A stretch of 63,968 bases of DNA from Octopus bimaculoides (Eukaryota): the NCBI RefSeq assembly GCF_001194135.2, contig NC_068984.1:5686530-5750497 (forward strand). Direction: 5' to 3'. Position numbers and translations under genes: made by a program. The notes under the pieces were generated by a model. That model saw only the letters and a program-made list of their open reading frames with translations. It was not told the DNA's origin and searched no databases. This document shows, in pieces, positions 27,233 through 40,614 of the stretch. Each line of letters starts with the position of its first letter. The first letter of the stretch is position 1.

Positions 27233-27445
27233 CAGCAAGCTGACAGAAACGTTTGCACGCTGATCAATTATTTAGCAGCATTTTGTCCGTCTTTATGTTC
27301 TGAGTTCAAATTCTGCCGAGATCGACTATGCCTTTCATCTTTTCAGGGTCGATAATAACAGTACCAGTCAAGTACTAGGGCTTATGTAATCACATTGCTC
27401 TCTACCCCGAACTTCCTGGACTCGTGGCAACATTTGAAATCAATA
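27233..27445 (+). mobile_element. SINE family B
   Basis: GGCAGCAAGCTGACAGAA..CTGAGTTCAAATTC..GCCTTTCATC. Confidence 0.8.
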
Positions 27446-27726
27446 TCTCTATCTATTTCTATGACAATATCTCTCTCTATATCATCTTTCGCTCTTTCCA
27501 TGTATCTGTTTCCCTATATTGTATCCATCGATCTTTCTCTGTGTCAAGCTAGCTCTGTTTAGATCTCTATTTGGCTAACCAGCTTTGCATTCCTGTCTAT
27601 CTATATCTATCTGTACTGCTTGCTTTCCGTCTCTAGCACTCTAACTCAGCATCTACCTACCTATCTTTTAGTCTGTCTGTTACACACACACACACGTGTA
27701 TGTAATGTATGTACACATACACGCAT

Positions 27727-27776
<50 letters not shown>

Positions 27777-28529
27777 CATCAGCTCTGAGTATAAATTAGG
27801 ATATTATTGGAATCTATGTACTGAAAATAGAAATTTATGAATGGATTCAATATAAATCTTATGTTTGACAGGAATCGATAATGTCAAAGCACTAAAGTAA
27901 ATCTCTCGAAAATCTATTGCAATCGGTGATAAATATGCTAAAGTAAAATTGTTTCTGTATGTGATTGTTGCTGAGGGGAAACTGTCTGAATTTGTAAGAT
28001 ATTACCTACCTATTAGTACCGCCATCTTGATTTCAATAACATCCTGTTTTTCTACTGCACCACCATATTAATCTCGCTGTTCTTGAGATGTGCTCTACTC
28101 TTGACGTGTAGGAAGTAGTGTGCTTTCGAGTGTAACACAAAATTTCAGTCCTGTATGGCTTACTTTTTGGTGTAGTTGCGTTTTTTTTCTGTTAAAGAAG
28201 TGTTTCGTCTCCCCCACCACTTTCGTACAAATGCGACTGTTCTTTTTTTTTCGTTTTTTTTTTCAACCAACCATCTGAGGGAGATCGCTCAGTTTTCTTT
28301 TGGGCGTGGGAGATTTTGTAACTGGGGAAAGATAGGGAGTTAATTTCTGGCGCCATTGCTTGAAAATAAACAGACTTTGTTAAAGCCACTAAAGGCCCAA
28401 GGAGTGACTGAATGACGGATTGTCTAGCAATAATCCTTTCTGATGTAGGCGCAAGCGCTGACATTTTGGGGAAGGTATAAGTCAGTAACATCGACTCTTG
28501 TGCTTGAGTGGTCCCCGAAAGAACGAAAA

Positions 28530-28610
28530 GCAATGTTGTCTTTGGCGGAATTTGAACTCAGAACGTGAAGGTGGATGAAAAGCTGTTAAGCATTACGCCC
28601 GGTGTGCTAG
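28530..28610 (-). mobile_element. SINE family B head fragment
   Basis: GGCGGAATTTGAACTCAGAACG is the reverse complement of the family B B-box region. Confidence 0.65.
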
Positions 28611-28696
28611 TCTTGTTTGCTGTTTACCAAATATTCTGCCAGGTTTCTTATTTCACTATTGATCCACTCTAGTATCCTAATCAGCCCAAAGCGGTA

Positions 28697-29385
28697 ATGA
28701 GCTGGCAGAATCGGTAGCACGCTGGACGAAATGCTAAGTGATATTTCGCCCGTCGCTCCGATCTGAGTTCAAATTCCACCGAGCGAGGTTGACTTTGTCT
28801 TTCACCCTTTGGAGATCGATAAATTAAGCACCAGTTGAGTACTGGGATCGATCTAATAGACTGGCCCCTTCCCCACAAATTTCAGATCTTGTGCTAATAG
28901 TAGAAAGGATTATTATTATTATTGTTGCCGTTGTTAAAGTGGTAAGCTGGCAGAATCGTTAGCATGGCGAGCAAAATGCTTAGAACGTAGCGATGGGCGA
29001 ATTACTGCTGAGTTCAAAATCCGCCGAGGTTGACTTAGCCATTCATCCTTTCGGAGTCGATAAATCAATTACCGGTCGTCGATGTAATCAACTAGTCCCC
29101 CTCCTCCAAAATTCTAGGCCTTGTGCCTAGAGTAGAAAGGATTATTATTATTATTATTAAGATGATGAGCTAGGAGAATCCTTTACTTAGTGGCATTTCG
29201 TCCGTCTTTACGTTCCGAGTCCAAATTCCGTTGAGGGGTCGACTTTGCCTTCCATCCTTTTCCGGTCAATAAGATAAGTGCCAGTTGTTTACTAGGAGTC
29301 GATGTAATCGGTTTAATCCCTCCGCTAAAATTGGTGGCCTTGTACCAAAATTTGAAGCCAGTATTATTATTGTTATCATTATTAA
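28697..29385 (+). mobile_element. Three head-to-tail SINE family B copies
   Basis: Copies at about 28697-28925, 28943-29160 and 29165-29385, each ending in an ATT-rich tail. Confidence 0.85.
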
Positions 29386-29476
29386 TCCTTATCTTTCACA
29401 TTATAAAGTTATTGTAGGCTATATTAGTTAGGACGGATGTCATTAGTGTGTGAGTGTATATATATATGTATATATT

Positions 29477-29661
29477 TTGTTTCAGTCATTGGACTGCAGT
29501 CATGCTTGAGCACCGCCTTCAGCCCAGCAAATCGACTCCAGGACTTATTCTTTGTAAGCGTAACGGTCACTTTTGCCGAACCGCTAAGTTACGGGGACGT
29601 AAACACACCAACATCAGTTGTCAAGCAATGGTGGTGGGGGGACAAACAGACACACAAACAT

Positions 29662-29694
<33 letters not shown>

Positions 29695-29850
29695 GGACGG
29701 ACTTCTTTCAGTTTCCGTCTATCATATTCACTCACAGAGGATTTGGTCGGCCTGAGGTTATAGTAGAAGACACTTGGCCAAGGTGCCACGCACTGGGACT
29801 GAACCCGGAACCATGTGGTTGGTAAGCAAGCTACTTACCACACAGCCACT
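29477..29850 (-). mobile_element. SINE family A, near full length
   Basis: Reverse complement colinear with 19235-19632. Confidence 0.9.
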
Positions 29851-30354
29851 AATATCATTTACTCCGAATACTACCGTGGGGACAATGATCTGCGTATACA
29901 GATTTAAGTTATATATCTTATACAGAATGTAAAAACACAGTGGACACTACATCGGACATAGCAATAAATTGGAATTCTTGGAATGATTTACTGATATCGA
30001 CATATTGATATTATATTATCTAGTCTATAATCAAACTGTCAGCCATTTCTCAATCTTAAGTACGAAATATGAAAATCTAACTTTCACGAATTGCAAAATT
30101 GGTGTGCACTTTATGCTAAACTATCAACACCCACCGAAGTAGGATCAATTCCTGGCACCAAACCGTTTACATCGCCAACCTCTTTGGATAAGGCATGAAC
30201 GCTGCCACAATTGTTGTAAAACCTCCTAGAGAGAAGTGAACAGATCACAAGTAGATCGATGACTACGGTCACGATAGATCATCTGATCACCTTCGATTAA
30301 CTCAGGCGATGTCGTATAAATAATTGTATTCTCTACTTCTGTATGTTTTATCTT

Positions 30355-30640
30355 TTATTTATTTCCATCATTCAACTGCGGCCATACAGGGACACCGACT
30401 TGAAGGGATTTTAGTCGAAGAAAGTGCCCCCAGTACTTATTTGAGCCTGGTACTATCAGTCTTTTTTATCGAAATACTAGGCCACTGGAAGTAAACAAAC
30501 CAACATCAGTTGCCAAGCAGTTGGAAGACACACACATTTAAGTACGTGCGCGCGTACGCACTCACACGAGGCTATGTTATGAAACACTTGCCCAAGGGGT
30601 GGCTGGGAAGCAAAGTTCTTACCACACAACCATAAAGTAC
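30355..30640 (-). mobile_element. SINE family A, degenerate
   Basis: CTGCGGCCATACAGGGACACCG..AAGCAAAGTTCTTACCACAC. Confidence 0.65.
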
Positions 30641-31147
30641 TATTACAGAAGTACATTTGAGGCAGATGGAGAGATTTTTGCCAAACGATTAAATACAAGT
30701 TGAACAAATATGATGCTACCAGCGTTCGAGTGTTTCATCTTTTCTCAAGAAATTTAGTTGAAAACTTTATCTAAAACAAAATAGCCAAAGAAATTGCAAA
30801 TAGATTATTCTCCTACAATTAAAGGGAGAAATAAGTCGCTTAAACATTAGAGGCGTCTGATGTTCTAGAAATTTTGTAACTTATTGCCTCACTAATTACA
30901 GTATTTGAGTGTTCAATCAATATAAAATCGCAAATGACAAATTAATGAGTGTTTGACAACGTCAAGAATATGGCAACAGCCTCATCAGCGAACTCAAACC
31001 CAAAATCAGTATGACTTCTTTTTAGATAAAGATTTATAAAGAGCAGATATCATTTCCGATGCAGAAGACGTATTACCTGACGTATACATAAATAGGTCAG
31101 TTGATAGTGGAACAAATAGCTAAAGAGGTAGAAAAGTTGATTACAAA

Positions 31148-32560
31148 AATTTGCAATGTACACGGATATGTTGGGTTTTATTTCTTGCCTTTCTGAGTTC
31201 TTCGAGTGACTTTTTAGAAGAATCACTCTTGTATTGCATCAGAGCTGCGCACTTTGCTTCGATAACTGGTTCGAACTCAGAGCCCAGCACTGAACCAATC
31301 TGGGTTTTGCCTTTCACTCATGCCGAAAGTATCTATTGATGTGGTATACAAAGCTTCCCGGATATAATTCCACCTACTTTCAGCAGAGGAGGATGAGCAG
31401 CTACTGAGGGCAACCTTGATAGAAACAGCAAAAAATTTTAGCAGTGTAGGGTCCGAGGTTCTGGTAGTGTTAATACGTGGTCTGCCAATTTTCTTGGAGT
31501 GATGGACTATTTTAGGCAGAATCCTCACCCTGCTTATTATTAGTGAATGATCTCTGTCACAATCCACACTATGGTAACTACGGGTCAATTGGACAATTCA
31601 GAAAGGATCTTCGTGTGATGATGAGATCCGACTGATGCCAGTGGTGAGATATTGGATGTCTCCAAGATGCCTTGTGGGATGGTATGTTGGCAAAGAGTAT
31701 GTTGATGATGCACAGGTTATGGTATGTGCAAAATCAAGCAGTCTCTGACCATTGTCATTCATGTTGCCAATGCCAAAATGTCCAACACAAATGGGCCGCG
31801 AGTCATGGTCAGATCCCACGCGAGCGTTAAAATCTCCTAGAAGGGTAGATGTTTCCGCTGGATGGTATGCTTCTGGTGACAGTTGAGATCTTTGTAGAAC
31901 TGGTCCTTGGTCTCCTCTGCGCTGTAGAGAGTAGGAGCATAGATGCTCAGTAGATGTACTGAGTCAAAAGAGCTCAAGACGCGCAGAGAGAGGGTACGCT
32001 CAGTGCCTCCTGATGGTGGTTCTATTGAGGAAAGTAATGAGTTTCTCACTGCAAAGCCAACACTATGCTGACGAGGTTCCTCTGGGTCTCTTCCCTGCCA
32101 AAAGAAGGTCAAATCCTGTTCTTAGAGTTTGCTGTTTGAGGGGGTCCTGTCTCCTGCAGTTCAGCAATGTCTATGTTGATCCTCTTTAGTTCGCAATCAA
32201 TAACGGCCGTCTTTCTTGTGTCTTCAACCCTGGTGGTTTCTGATCTTTTGATTGTTTGCCTGGTGCAGAGGTTGCAGGCCGTTTTTCAAGTCAAACTCTT
32301 AGCTTCAAACAGCCAATGAAGCAGGCGGCTTGTGGCGGGTCAGTACCTTATTAACCAGAGGCTGCCCAACTTGAGGTGGGCAGTAACTAACCAGTGGCAC
32401 ACAAGGGTCCCTCCCACCTTCAGAGGTAACCCGTAGCGCCCATATCCTACGCCAGTCAGAATGGACTTATCACTCGTGACTGCTACCTCCAAAGTTTTTC
32501 TGCCACTTTTTACAGCAGCACTGAAGTGTCCTCTCCAGTTTTGCACTAATAATACTAAGA
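31148..32560 (-). mobile_element. RTE-clade LINE 5' portion (5' UTR plus apurinic-like endonuclease domain), frameshifted, RT missing
   Basis: TFFWQG..HSVGFAVRNSL..ERTLSLR..SIYAPTL..KDQFY, FNARVGSD..GHFGIGNMNDNGQRLL, RSYHSVDCDRDHSLI..NPDWF (track ORFs 31837-32112, 31598-31819, 31277-31588). Confidence 0.85.
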
Positions 32561-32675
32561 ATAGTGGTAACGGCACCGTTATACAGGAAGAAAACTAGAG
32601 GACGATACGCTAAGTGGAACTCTAAATTAAACAGTAGCACTCGTGCATCTAACCCTACACACGAGATATATATAT

Positions 32676-32780
32676 ACGCGCAGGCGTGGCTGTATGGGGC
32701 ATCATAAGAAGATTACTTCCCAGCCTCATGGTTCCGGGTTCAGTCCCACGGAAACTGAAAGAATATGTGCGTGTGTGTGA

Positions 32781-32828
<48 letters not shown>

Positions 32829-33030
32829 ATTTTTGTGTGTTGTACCCCTATCACCGCTTGACAACCGGTGTTGGAGGATTTAAGTCTCCGTAACTTAGCG
32901 ATTCGGCTAAAAGTGTCCAATAGAATACGTACCAGGCTTCAAATCAATCCCGGGGTCGATTTGAATGACTAAAACCGTTCAAGGCGGTGCTCCTGTATGG
33001 CCTCAGTCAACTGACAGAAACAAAAGATAC
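32676..33030 (+). mobile_element. SINE family A with internal deletion
   Basis: CATGGTTCCGGGTTCAGTCCC head, internal (TA)n(TG)n, family tail. Confidence 0.8.
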
Positions 33031-34504
33031 ATACACGCTATATATATAATGTGTTTGTGTGTATAAATGAGATAGGGAGCGAGTATGTTGTCTGCGTATG
33101 CATGTCAGTCGGATAGGCAAGCAGGCGGACAGATAGACAAGAGAATATGTGGATATAAATTGGAAGATAATTAATGAGAGATGCTAGAAAATACAATGGC
33201 ACGACAAGGAAGAATAACTAATGGGTAATTTACCGAGAAAAGCAAGACTGTTAGCAACTGGAAGTCTCCCACCATTGATAAACTATTAATGAAATTACCG
33301 CAGAGAGGCTAGAATCAATACTTCACGTGTTACTGAAGGGAAAACGATATTTATTCGAAGAAATAAAAATACCAGCTACCCACAAAATTATAAACACACA
33401 ATTTGTTTATGACTAATAAATAGTAGCCAACATGGTTAACGTGAAAGAGTTTTGTCTGTTCTATTGTATGTAATGGAGAGATAAGGGAGTATGATTAGTT
33501 CTACATATACAATGAGTAAAACATTTGCTCAATTATTGAGATAAATTTAATGGGAGTTTGGCATGTAAGGACGACAACTCCAGAGATATTTCGGTACCGT
33601 TATATCTCCTCAGACAAGTATAATCTTCACAGTGATCGCCAAGCTTGTGACGAAATTCGGACAAAAAGAAAAAAACCGTTTAGTTACTGCGATCATAGAG
33701 TAATTATAAAAAATTGCAAATAATATTGTAGCCGTCATAGGAAGAATTTACAGACTTCGACAGACGCAAAGTACTTGAACGCTGTAAATAGCAGCATGTA
33801 AATATTGAGTTAAAGGAAACCTTTCGTATACAAAATGTTAACAAGGCCTCCTACACAACACAGCTTGTGCACACATTAGAATATATCATAATGGTGTGGA
33901 TTATTATTTTAGTATGATCTTAGAACTGACAGAACACATCTCTAGATATATTTCACGAGTTATTAATCGCATCAGAAAAGTACAGAAGCTTAATATTTAA
34001 CCACAAAAATCTTCCCTAATGTGTACGTGTTACCAGAAAAATCTTCTCTGGAGATTACATGTCCTCTTATAGTGGTCTCTCTTTATTTTTAATTCTACTA
34101 ATGCATACATTCCAACAAACTGCTAGTAGTTATAAATATGCTATGGACAAGACAATAAATCATCTCCTCTAAATAATTTAAACGTCTCTGTAAAAGATAA
34201 CCAGTTGGGAACCTACTAAAAGCTGTTTGGTAGATTCAGTAACGATATAAAAATATAAGAGATGGAAAAAGAAGGAAATGACTTAACACGTAGGAAATGA
34301 AGATTGATTTAGGCGGTAAAATTAGGAAAAAAAATAGCATCACCCATACATGTATTTGATAGTGGACAAAGCACATAAGATACATGTCCATACTAAAGAG
34401 ATAATTTTAAAAAAGTGTATTATAGAGGCGTCCAACAAAAAGCTGAAATAAAAAAAAGAACAAAATAATGTAAAAAGTAAGATTGTAATTATTACAATTT
34501 ATTT

Positions 34505-34680
34505 TTTTATTTCAAATTTTGGCACAAGGCCAGCAATTTCGGGAGAGGGCCAAATCAATCAGATTCATCCCACGGCTCAACTGGTGCTTATTTTAAAGAC
34601 CCCGAAAGAATGAAAGACAAATTCAACGCCGTCAGCATTTGGACACAGAATGTAAAATCGAAATAAATGCCGCTAAACAT
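34505..34680 (-). mobile_element. SINE family B, degenerate
   Basis: GGCACAAGGCCAGCAATTTCGGG..CCCCGAAAGAATGAAAG. Confidence 0.7.
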
Positions 34681-36009
34681 GTACTTAATTAGTTCCCACA
34701 TTAAGTTTTAGTGTTGTGAAATGGAGATTAAGTAAACAGGAGAACCTCTGTTGGAAATTATGAGGATTGACCCGTGTCTCAATAATTCTTACTGTGCACA
34801 CAGAGCAGCGATAATCTAAATCGTAACAAATCTAGTCATTCTTAATATGTTCTGGCAGGTTCAAATATGAACGTCCAATCACTTTTGTTTTTCATCGATT
34901 TACCGGTGTTAGGGAACTTTGAGACACCGTGGTGTTTTGATCTCCATGTCTGTCTCCTGAGTCAAAGCTAAACCACCAAACCGATGAATTTCTTGAGACC
35001 ACGTTCTTTGCTTGTTGGAATCAACAAAACAAATTGTTTATTGATATCTGCCGAACTGGGAAAAAGAAAAAAAATTATGCGGTGCATGCAGAATATGAAG
35101 TATCCAAACGGTAACATATCTACTCATTCTTAATGTTCTGGCAGGTTCAAACGTGAACATGCTAATCGCTGTTGTTTTCAGTCATCGGAAAGCACCTAAA
35201 TTCTCAAATTGATTCAGATATGAAATCCTAAAACACATTTAACTAAGGTTGGTGACAAAGAGATAACTTTACTAACGGAGATAGATTAGTTTAATATGAA
35301 ACGGAAAAGCAAAATAGACACGTCGTTATGTATGACAATAAAAATGATTGAAAAGAATGTTGAAAAAGGAATATTGCTAAAAAAAAATTATATTTGCAAG
35401 ATGACACACACTGACAATACTCAAAGCCGAAATAACTTTAAAATATATTTATTATACATATATACCAGTAATTACTTGTGCGCTGGGTAGAATAAAACAA
35501 AAATGTGACCCCTTCCATTTCCTTACCAATTATTACACATTGCAGGAAAATCAAATCAGTTAATTCGAGCCTAGTACAAGAACAGTTTTTATTTTATTGA
35601 CGCTAGAATGATACAAGATAACGATGAAGATGATCTCACTGGACTTAAAAGTCTTTATATTTCAAATATTAAACAAAATATATTTAATCCAGGGCTGAAC
35701 TGCTTTTTGTCGTCTGCCTAGTCATCAACTACCCACCGTCTCCGATTATAACCATTTTTAGATTTTCCTTACAAAAGAAGGGGGTCGGGAGGGAGAAGTC
35801 GATCCGAAACCAGACAACTCTGCGGAATATTTCCTACGGACGGATTTTCCTTTAAGTTATCGAGGAAACAGGTGATGGATGAAAGTACTTTTGTTTACTC
35901 CCAGATAAACGCCAGCATATTGATGAACAAAGGTTATCCGGGCATGACAATCCAGTCCCTTCTATATAGCAGGGGCTATGTCCTCCATTATATTCTGATT
36001 TATGTAAGT

Positions 36010-36390
36010 AGGTGCAGTCATCGCTGTCTGGTTAAGAAGTTTATCTGATAACCACGTGGTTTCGGGTTCAGTTCCTCTGCGTAGCATATTGAGCAAGTGT
36101 CTTTTACAGTAGCCACGGGACGATCAATGCTTTGTGGTAAAGAGGAAACTGCGTGAAAGCCCGGTGTGTGTGTGCGAGCACGCGTGTGCCTTCGTTTCTG
36201 CGTTTTTTCCTCCTCTTAATATCCAATATTTTTCTCCGTTCCTGTAACATAGTGGTTCGGCAAAACACCAGATAGAATTAGTACCAGAGTTTAAAAATAA
36301 GTAATGGAGTGTATTTGTTTGACGATACCCCTTCTTCAATGTGGTGCTCCAGCATGGCTGCACTCCAGTCACTGAAATAAGTGAAGGAAT
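36010..36390 (+). mobile_element. SINE family A
   Basis: GGTTTCGGGTTCAGTTCC head; GGTGCTCCAGCATGGCTGCA tail. Confidence 0.75.
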
Positions 36391-37206
36391 TTATGTCAGT
36401 CGTCAGGGTGTGATTGTCAGGAAATTTAGCTGCTGTTTCTTCCGATTTAAATCACAACGTAGAGGTTCCTTTCTGGAGTGAAGTTAAGCATGGCCGTGGA
36501 TATTCCTATCAACGACATATTCTTTATCTTCTAGTTGCTTGTGGAAACTAGGATCGTATTCATCGATCTGGATTTGGTTGGCTGGTTGTTTATTTTTATT
36601 TTCAAGCATGCAATTACCAAAGCTTTGGAAGATTTCTGCTGCGTAGAGCAAATCCGTCCAGTGTGTGGGCGTTCTCAGACAGTATATTATAAAGAATTGC
36701 AACCAAACAAGAATTACCAATCCTTCAGGCAAGTCTTCTAATATTTGTGTCATCAATCGATCAATCACCGAGTTTCTCTTTTTTTTTTTATTTTCTTCGG
36801 AAATAAGACGGTTCTCCTGAAACATCAACTCGAAATACAAATCAATAATTGACAAAATATCGATGTATTGTGGCCAAATAAACCTGTGCACACATTGACA
36901 CATCTACATAGGTGTCTCCGTTTGCTTACTCAAATGCTAAATATATAAATATATATATATATATAGACGCTGACACACTCGTGCAGGTGCGTGTATAAAT
37001 AAAGTGTGCATATATGTGTGAGGATGTCTGTGTGTTTATACATCTATGCACTAATTAGATATTATCACCTTTCCTATTGTACTCCGTCTTGAAAATTCAT
37101 ATACACACGCACGCTTGTGCAGATCATATTTTCATAAAATATATTTTCTTTCTTTTGTCCATGATAAATTTCTCATGAATTTTTCTTTTTGTCTATATAC
37201 ATAGGT

Positions 37207-37598
37207 GCAGGAGTGGCTGTGTGGTAAGTAGCTTGCTTACCAACCACATGGTTCCGGGTTCAATCCCACTGCGTGGCACCTTGGGCAAGTGTCTTCTACT
37301 GTAGCCTCGGGCCGACCAAAGCCTTGTGAGTGGATTTGGTAGACGGAAACTGAAAGAAGCCCATCGCATATATGTATATGTATATATATGTGTTTTTGTG
37401 TGTCTGTGTTTGTCACCCCCAACATCGCTTGACAACCGATACTGGTGTGTTTACGTCCCCGTAACTTAATGGTTCGGCAAAAGGAGACCGATAGAATAAG
37501 TACTAGGCTTCCAAAGAATAAGTCCTGGGGTCGATTTGCTCGACTAAAAGGCGGTGCTCCAGCATGGCCACAGTCAAATGACTGAAACAAGTTAAACA
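37207..37598 (+). mobile_element. SINE family A, best-preserved copy (used as reference)
   Basis: tRNA-like head with B box GGTTCAATCCC, internal (TA)/(TG) tract, conserved 3' body. Confidence 0.92.
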
Positions 37599-39144
37599 GT
37601 ATACGTAAATACGTGTGTGTGTGTGTGTGTGTATAGAGAACTAACAGTACTTAATATAAACAGATTATATGTATATATATCGAATTCTTGAGGCATATAC
37701 ACTGATGGTGATCCAGCATGGCCACAGTCTTTGGGCTGAAGTGCATAAAAGAATATGTATGCGGCTCATGCCTCAAGAATTCGATCGAAGTCCATGCCAC
37801 TTATTTAGAGGAAGAAATCTAAATATGTGATAATAATGAAAAGGAATCGAGTAAAGATTTATTTGTAAATGTTATCAACAAAATAACAAAATCTAAATGC
37901 CTAAGTTATGAAATTAACAGTAAAAAATTGCAGCTTGGCCTTTCGCATTTAATAATTCCATTTAAAGATGGTTTATCTGTTGGTATTGGCATCTTTTTTA
38001 AAATCTCAACTGACAGGTCTGTTTGCTTATTATTGCTGTTGGTGTCTTCCTTTCAATGTAAGATTCTGATATTTAATCAAGTTTCCGTCAGTAGAAGCGA
38101 CACTAACGGCAATCCATGACTTAAAGCCGACTTATGTCAAGGCTAAAATAAACGAACATATGATGCCCACTGCTGTACCGGACGCCTCTGAGGTGTTAGT
38201 CATATTAAAACCAATAGGCTTGTAGCAGTCTTTTCTCAGTCACCAAATTCTGGCGAGTAAAATCATTTTGCCGTAGAAAACGTAGATTATGTGTCAAGGA
38301 GAGGTTGACAGGAAATTGGCGCCATTTCCCTATAAGAATGCGATTTACTTGAGCAACTGATCAAAAATACGTGATTTATACGTTTAATATAAAAATTAAA
38401 GTGAAACTCAAAATATCACGTTATTGATTAAAACTCGTGCCGTTTCGTTACGAAATCGTGTCTCGTTTTATACCGCTTAATACAAACGCAGATGGTACTA
38501 TAACCTGATGCTTGTAGTGTTACATCGCAGACTAACTTCTCCGAATCCCTCACATACACCTGTCTCACGTGAGTTGTAACTGACTTGTTTTATTCGGATA
38601 CTAAATCTTCTGTATTAGCTATTAAACTCTTTGTTTATGGATGTCACATGCGTCAGAAGTTAAACCCATTATACTATCTTCCAGAACCACACCAAAACAT
38701 CAGAGCTAAACGTCCCTGTGGCCACACAAAAGCTGATTCTAAGAGTTAGTTACCTTCCTTATATATATTCCATTGACTGCCAGTCTAGTTGAATGTTCGA
38801 CCACGGGTGACGCTGTATGTACCGTGTATTTGTATACATCATTTACTCTGCGCTTGTTAGTGACGATACTAAAATTATGCGTGACTCAGCTTATTTCGTT
38901 CAAAGTTCCCCTTAGCTATGGCTACTACACTAAATGATACTATCAAGCGTAATCACAGATCCATTTTTCTTTTAAGTTTCGAACAGTTCACAGTACTTTA
39001 GACGCATGGCAGGTTCATAATTAGTAGGTTAGGGGTGTGTTGGTAACTTACTATTGCGTGACCTTGTGGTCCGGCAAAACAGTTAATCCGTCAAGGCTTT
39101 GCAACCAACTATACCGGAGGGTCTTGTACAAGTGTATCCAATGT

Positions 39145-39560
39145 TGGTGCAGGCATGGCTGTGTGGTAAGAAGTTTGCTTCCCAACCACATATTTCAAGC
39201 TAAATTCGACTGCGTGGCACCTTCTACTATAACCCCGGGCCGACCAAAGCCTTGTCAGTGGATTTCGCAGCCGGAAACTGAAAGAAGTCCTTTATGTGTA
39301 TCTCTGCGAATATTTTTGTCCACCTCCATCAGTGCACTCCTAAACTTTTAAAGTCTTTGAAATATGTTTTAACGTTGACAACCAGTGTTGGTAGGTTTAC
39401 GTTCCCGTAACCAAGTCGTTCGGCAAAAGAGGCCGATGGAATAAATACCAGGCTTAAAACACAAAAATTACACAGAATCGATTCGTTCGACTAAAAATTC
39501 TTCAAGGTGGTGCTGCTGCATGACTGCAGTCTAATGATAGAAACAAATAAAAGATAACAG
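39145..39560 (+). mobile_element. SINE family A carrying an approximately 44-bp foreign insertion
   Basis: Colinear with the reference except 39331-39374 (see findings). Confidence 0.8.
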
Positions 39561-39837
39561 TTAGTCCTGAAGTTTGCAACTTTTAAAGTTTTCAGTTAAA
39601 TTCATAAATTACATTGGTCTTCGTTTGTTCCTTTGTTGACATGTTTGTGTTATGTTGCTGATAAAAAGGTTTTGGTGTATTCCTAATATATTATAGGGTT
39701 TTGATTAACAGTTCGTTAACTTTTCCTACATTTGATTCGAATGTATTTTATCGAATGTATTTTCTCATATACTCGTATTTTCGACTGTTTTCTGCTATAA
39801 CTCAGTCTACTCGACTGTTGGAATAAAGCAATCAATA

Positions 39838-40170
39838 GACGCAGGCGCGCTTGTATGATACATGGTTCAGGGTTCACTACATCGCATCTGACCAAGTGTC
39901 TTCTAGTATAGCCTCGGTCCGACCAAAGCCCCGTGAATGGCTTTGGTAGTCGGAAAATGAAAGAAGCCCGTCGTACATATCCGTGCGTCTTTGTGTCTCT
40001 GTGTTTATACCCCCATTATCACTTGACAAGTGGTGCTGGTACGTTTACGACCCCGTAACTTAGCGGTTTTAGCTAAGTACAGGGGTCGATTCGTTTGCCT
40101 AAAAATTCTTCAAAGCGATGACCCAGAATGGCTGCAGTCTAATAACTGAGACAAGTGAAAGAATAAAAAA
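39838..40170 (+). mobile_element. SINE family A
   Basis: ATAGCCTCGGTCCGACCAAAGCC..CCCCGTAACTTAGCGG..GGCTGCAGTC. Confidence 0.8.
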
Positions 40171-40574
40171 TAGACCTCGATTAAGGACGAATTTCTTTTT
40201 TTCTTGATGTACCGATTGCGATTGTGGACGAGAATAGAAACGTCTTTCTGAGAAGTGATTTTACCACCGTCATCTTATTGTGTGAGCAGTCACAGTCCGC
40301 ATGTAGGTGTAAGCATTTGATTGTCTGGTATATATTGATGCGGTGTACCTGTTATATAAAACCTAAGTACACATCATTTGTAGTTATACAAAGAATTATT
40401 TTATTAAGCAAAACAAATTAGTGAGGATGCTCAGCACAAATGGAAAAATCTAAAGCTTGCAGCTGTTAATTAGTAGAAGCGGGAAAACAATCAGCAAAGA
40501 ACTTGCAAAATTGAGTAAAATGGACGGTAGATATTTCATTCCTATTCCATTAAATGTGGTTTCTCTTTCTCTCT

Positions 40575-40614
<40 letters not shown>

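Noticed and set aside
28275-28372. Minus-strand ATG exon MAPEINSLSFPSYKISHAQKKTERSPSD
   Set aside because: Plausible acceptor and start context, but weak donor, no partner exons and no recognisable product.
36640-36690. IRPVCG as a Kazal domain
   Set aside because: The remaining Kazal cysteine pattern and the SDG.TY motif are absent.
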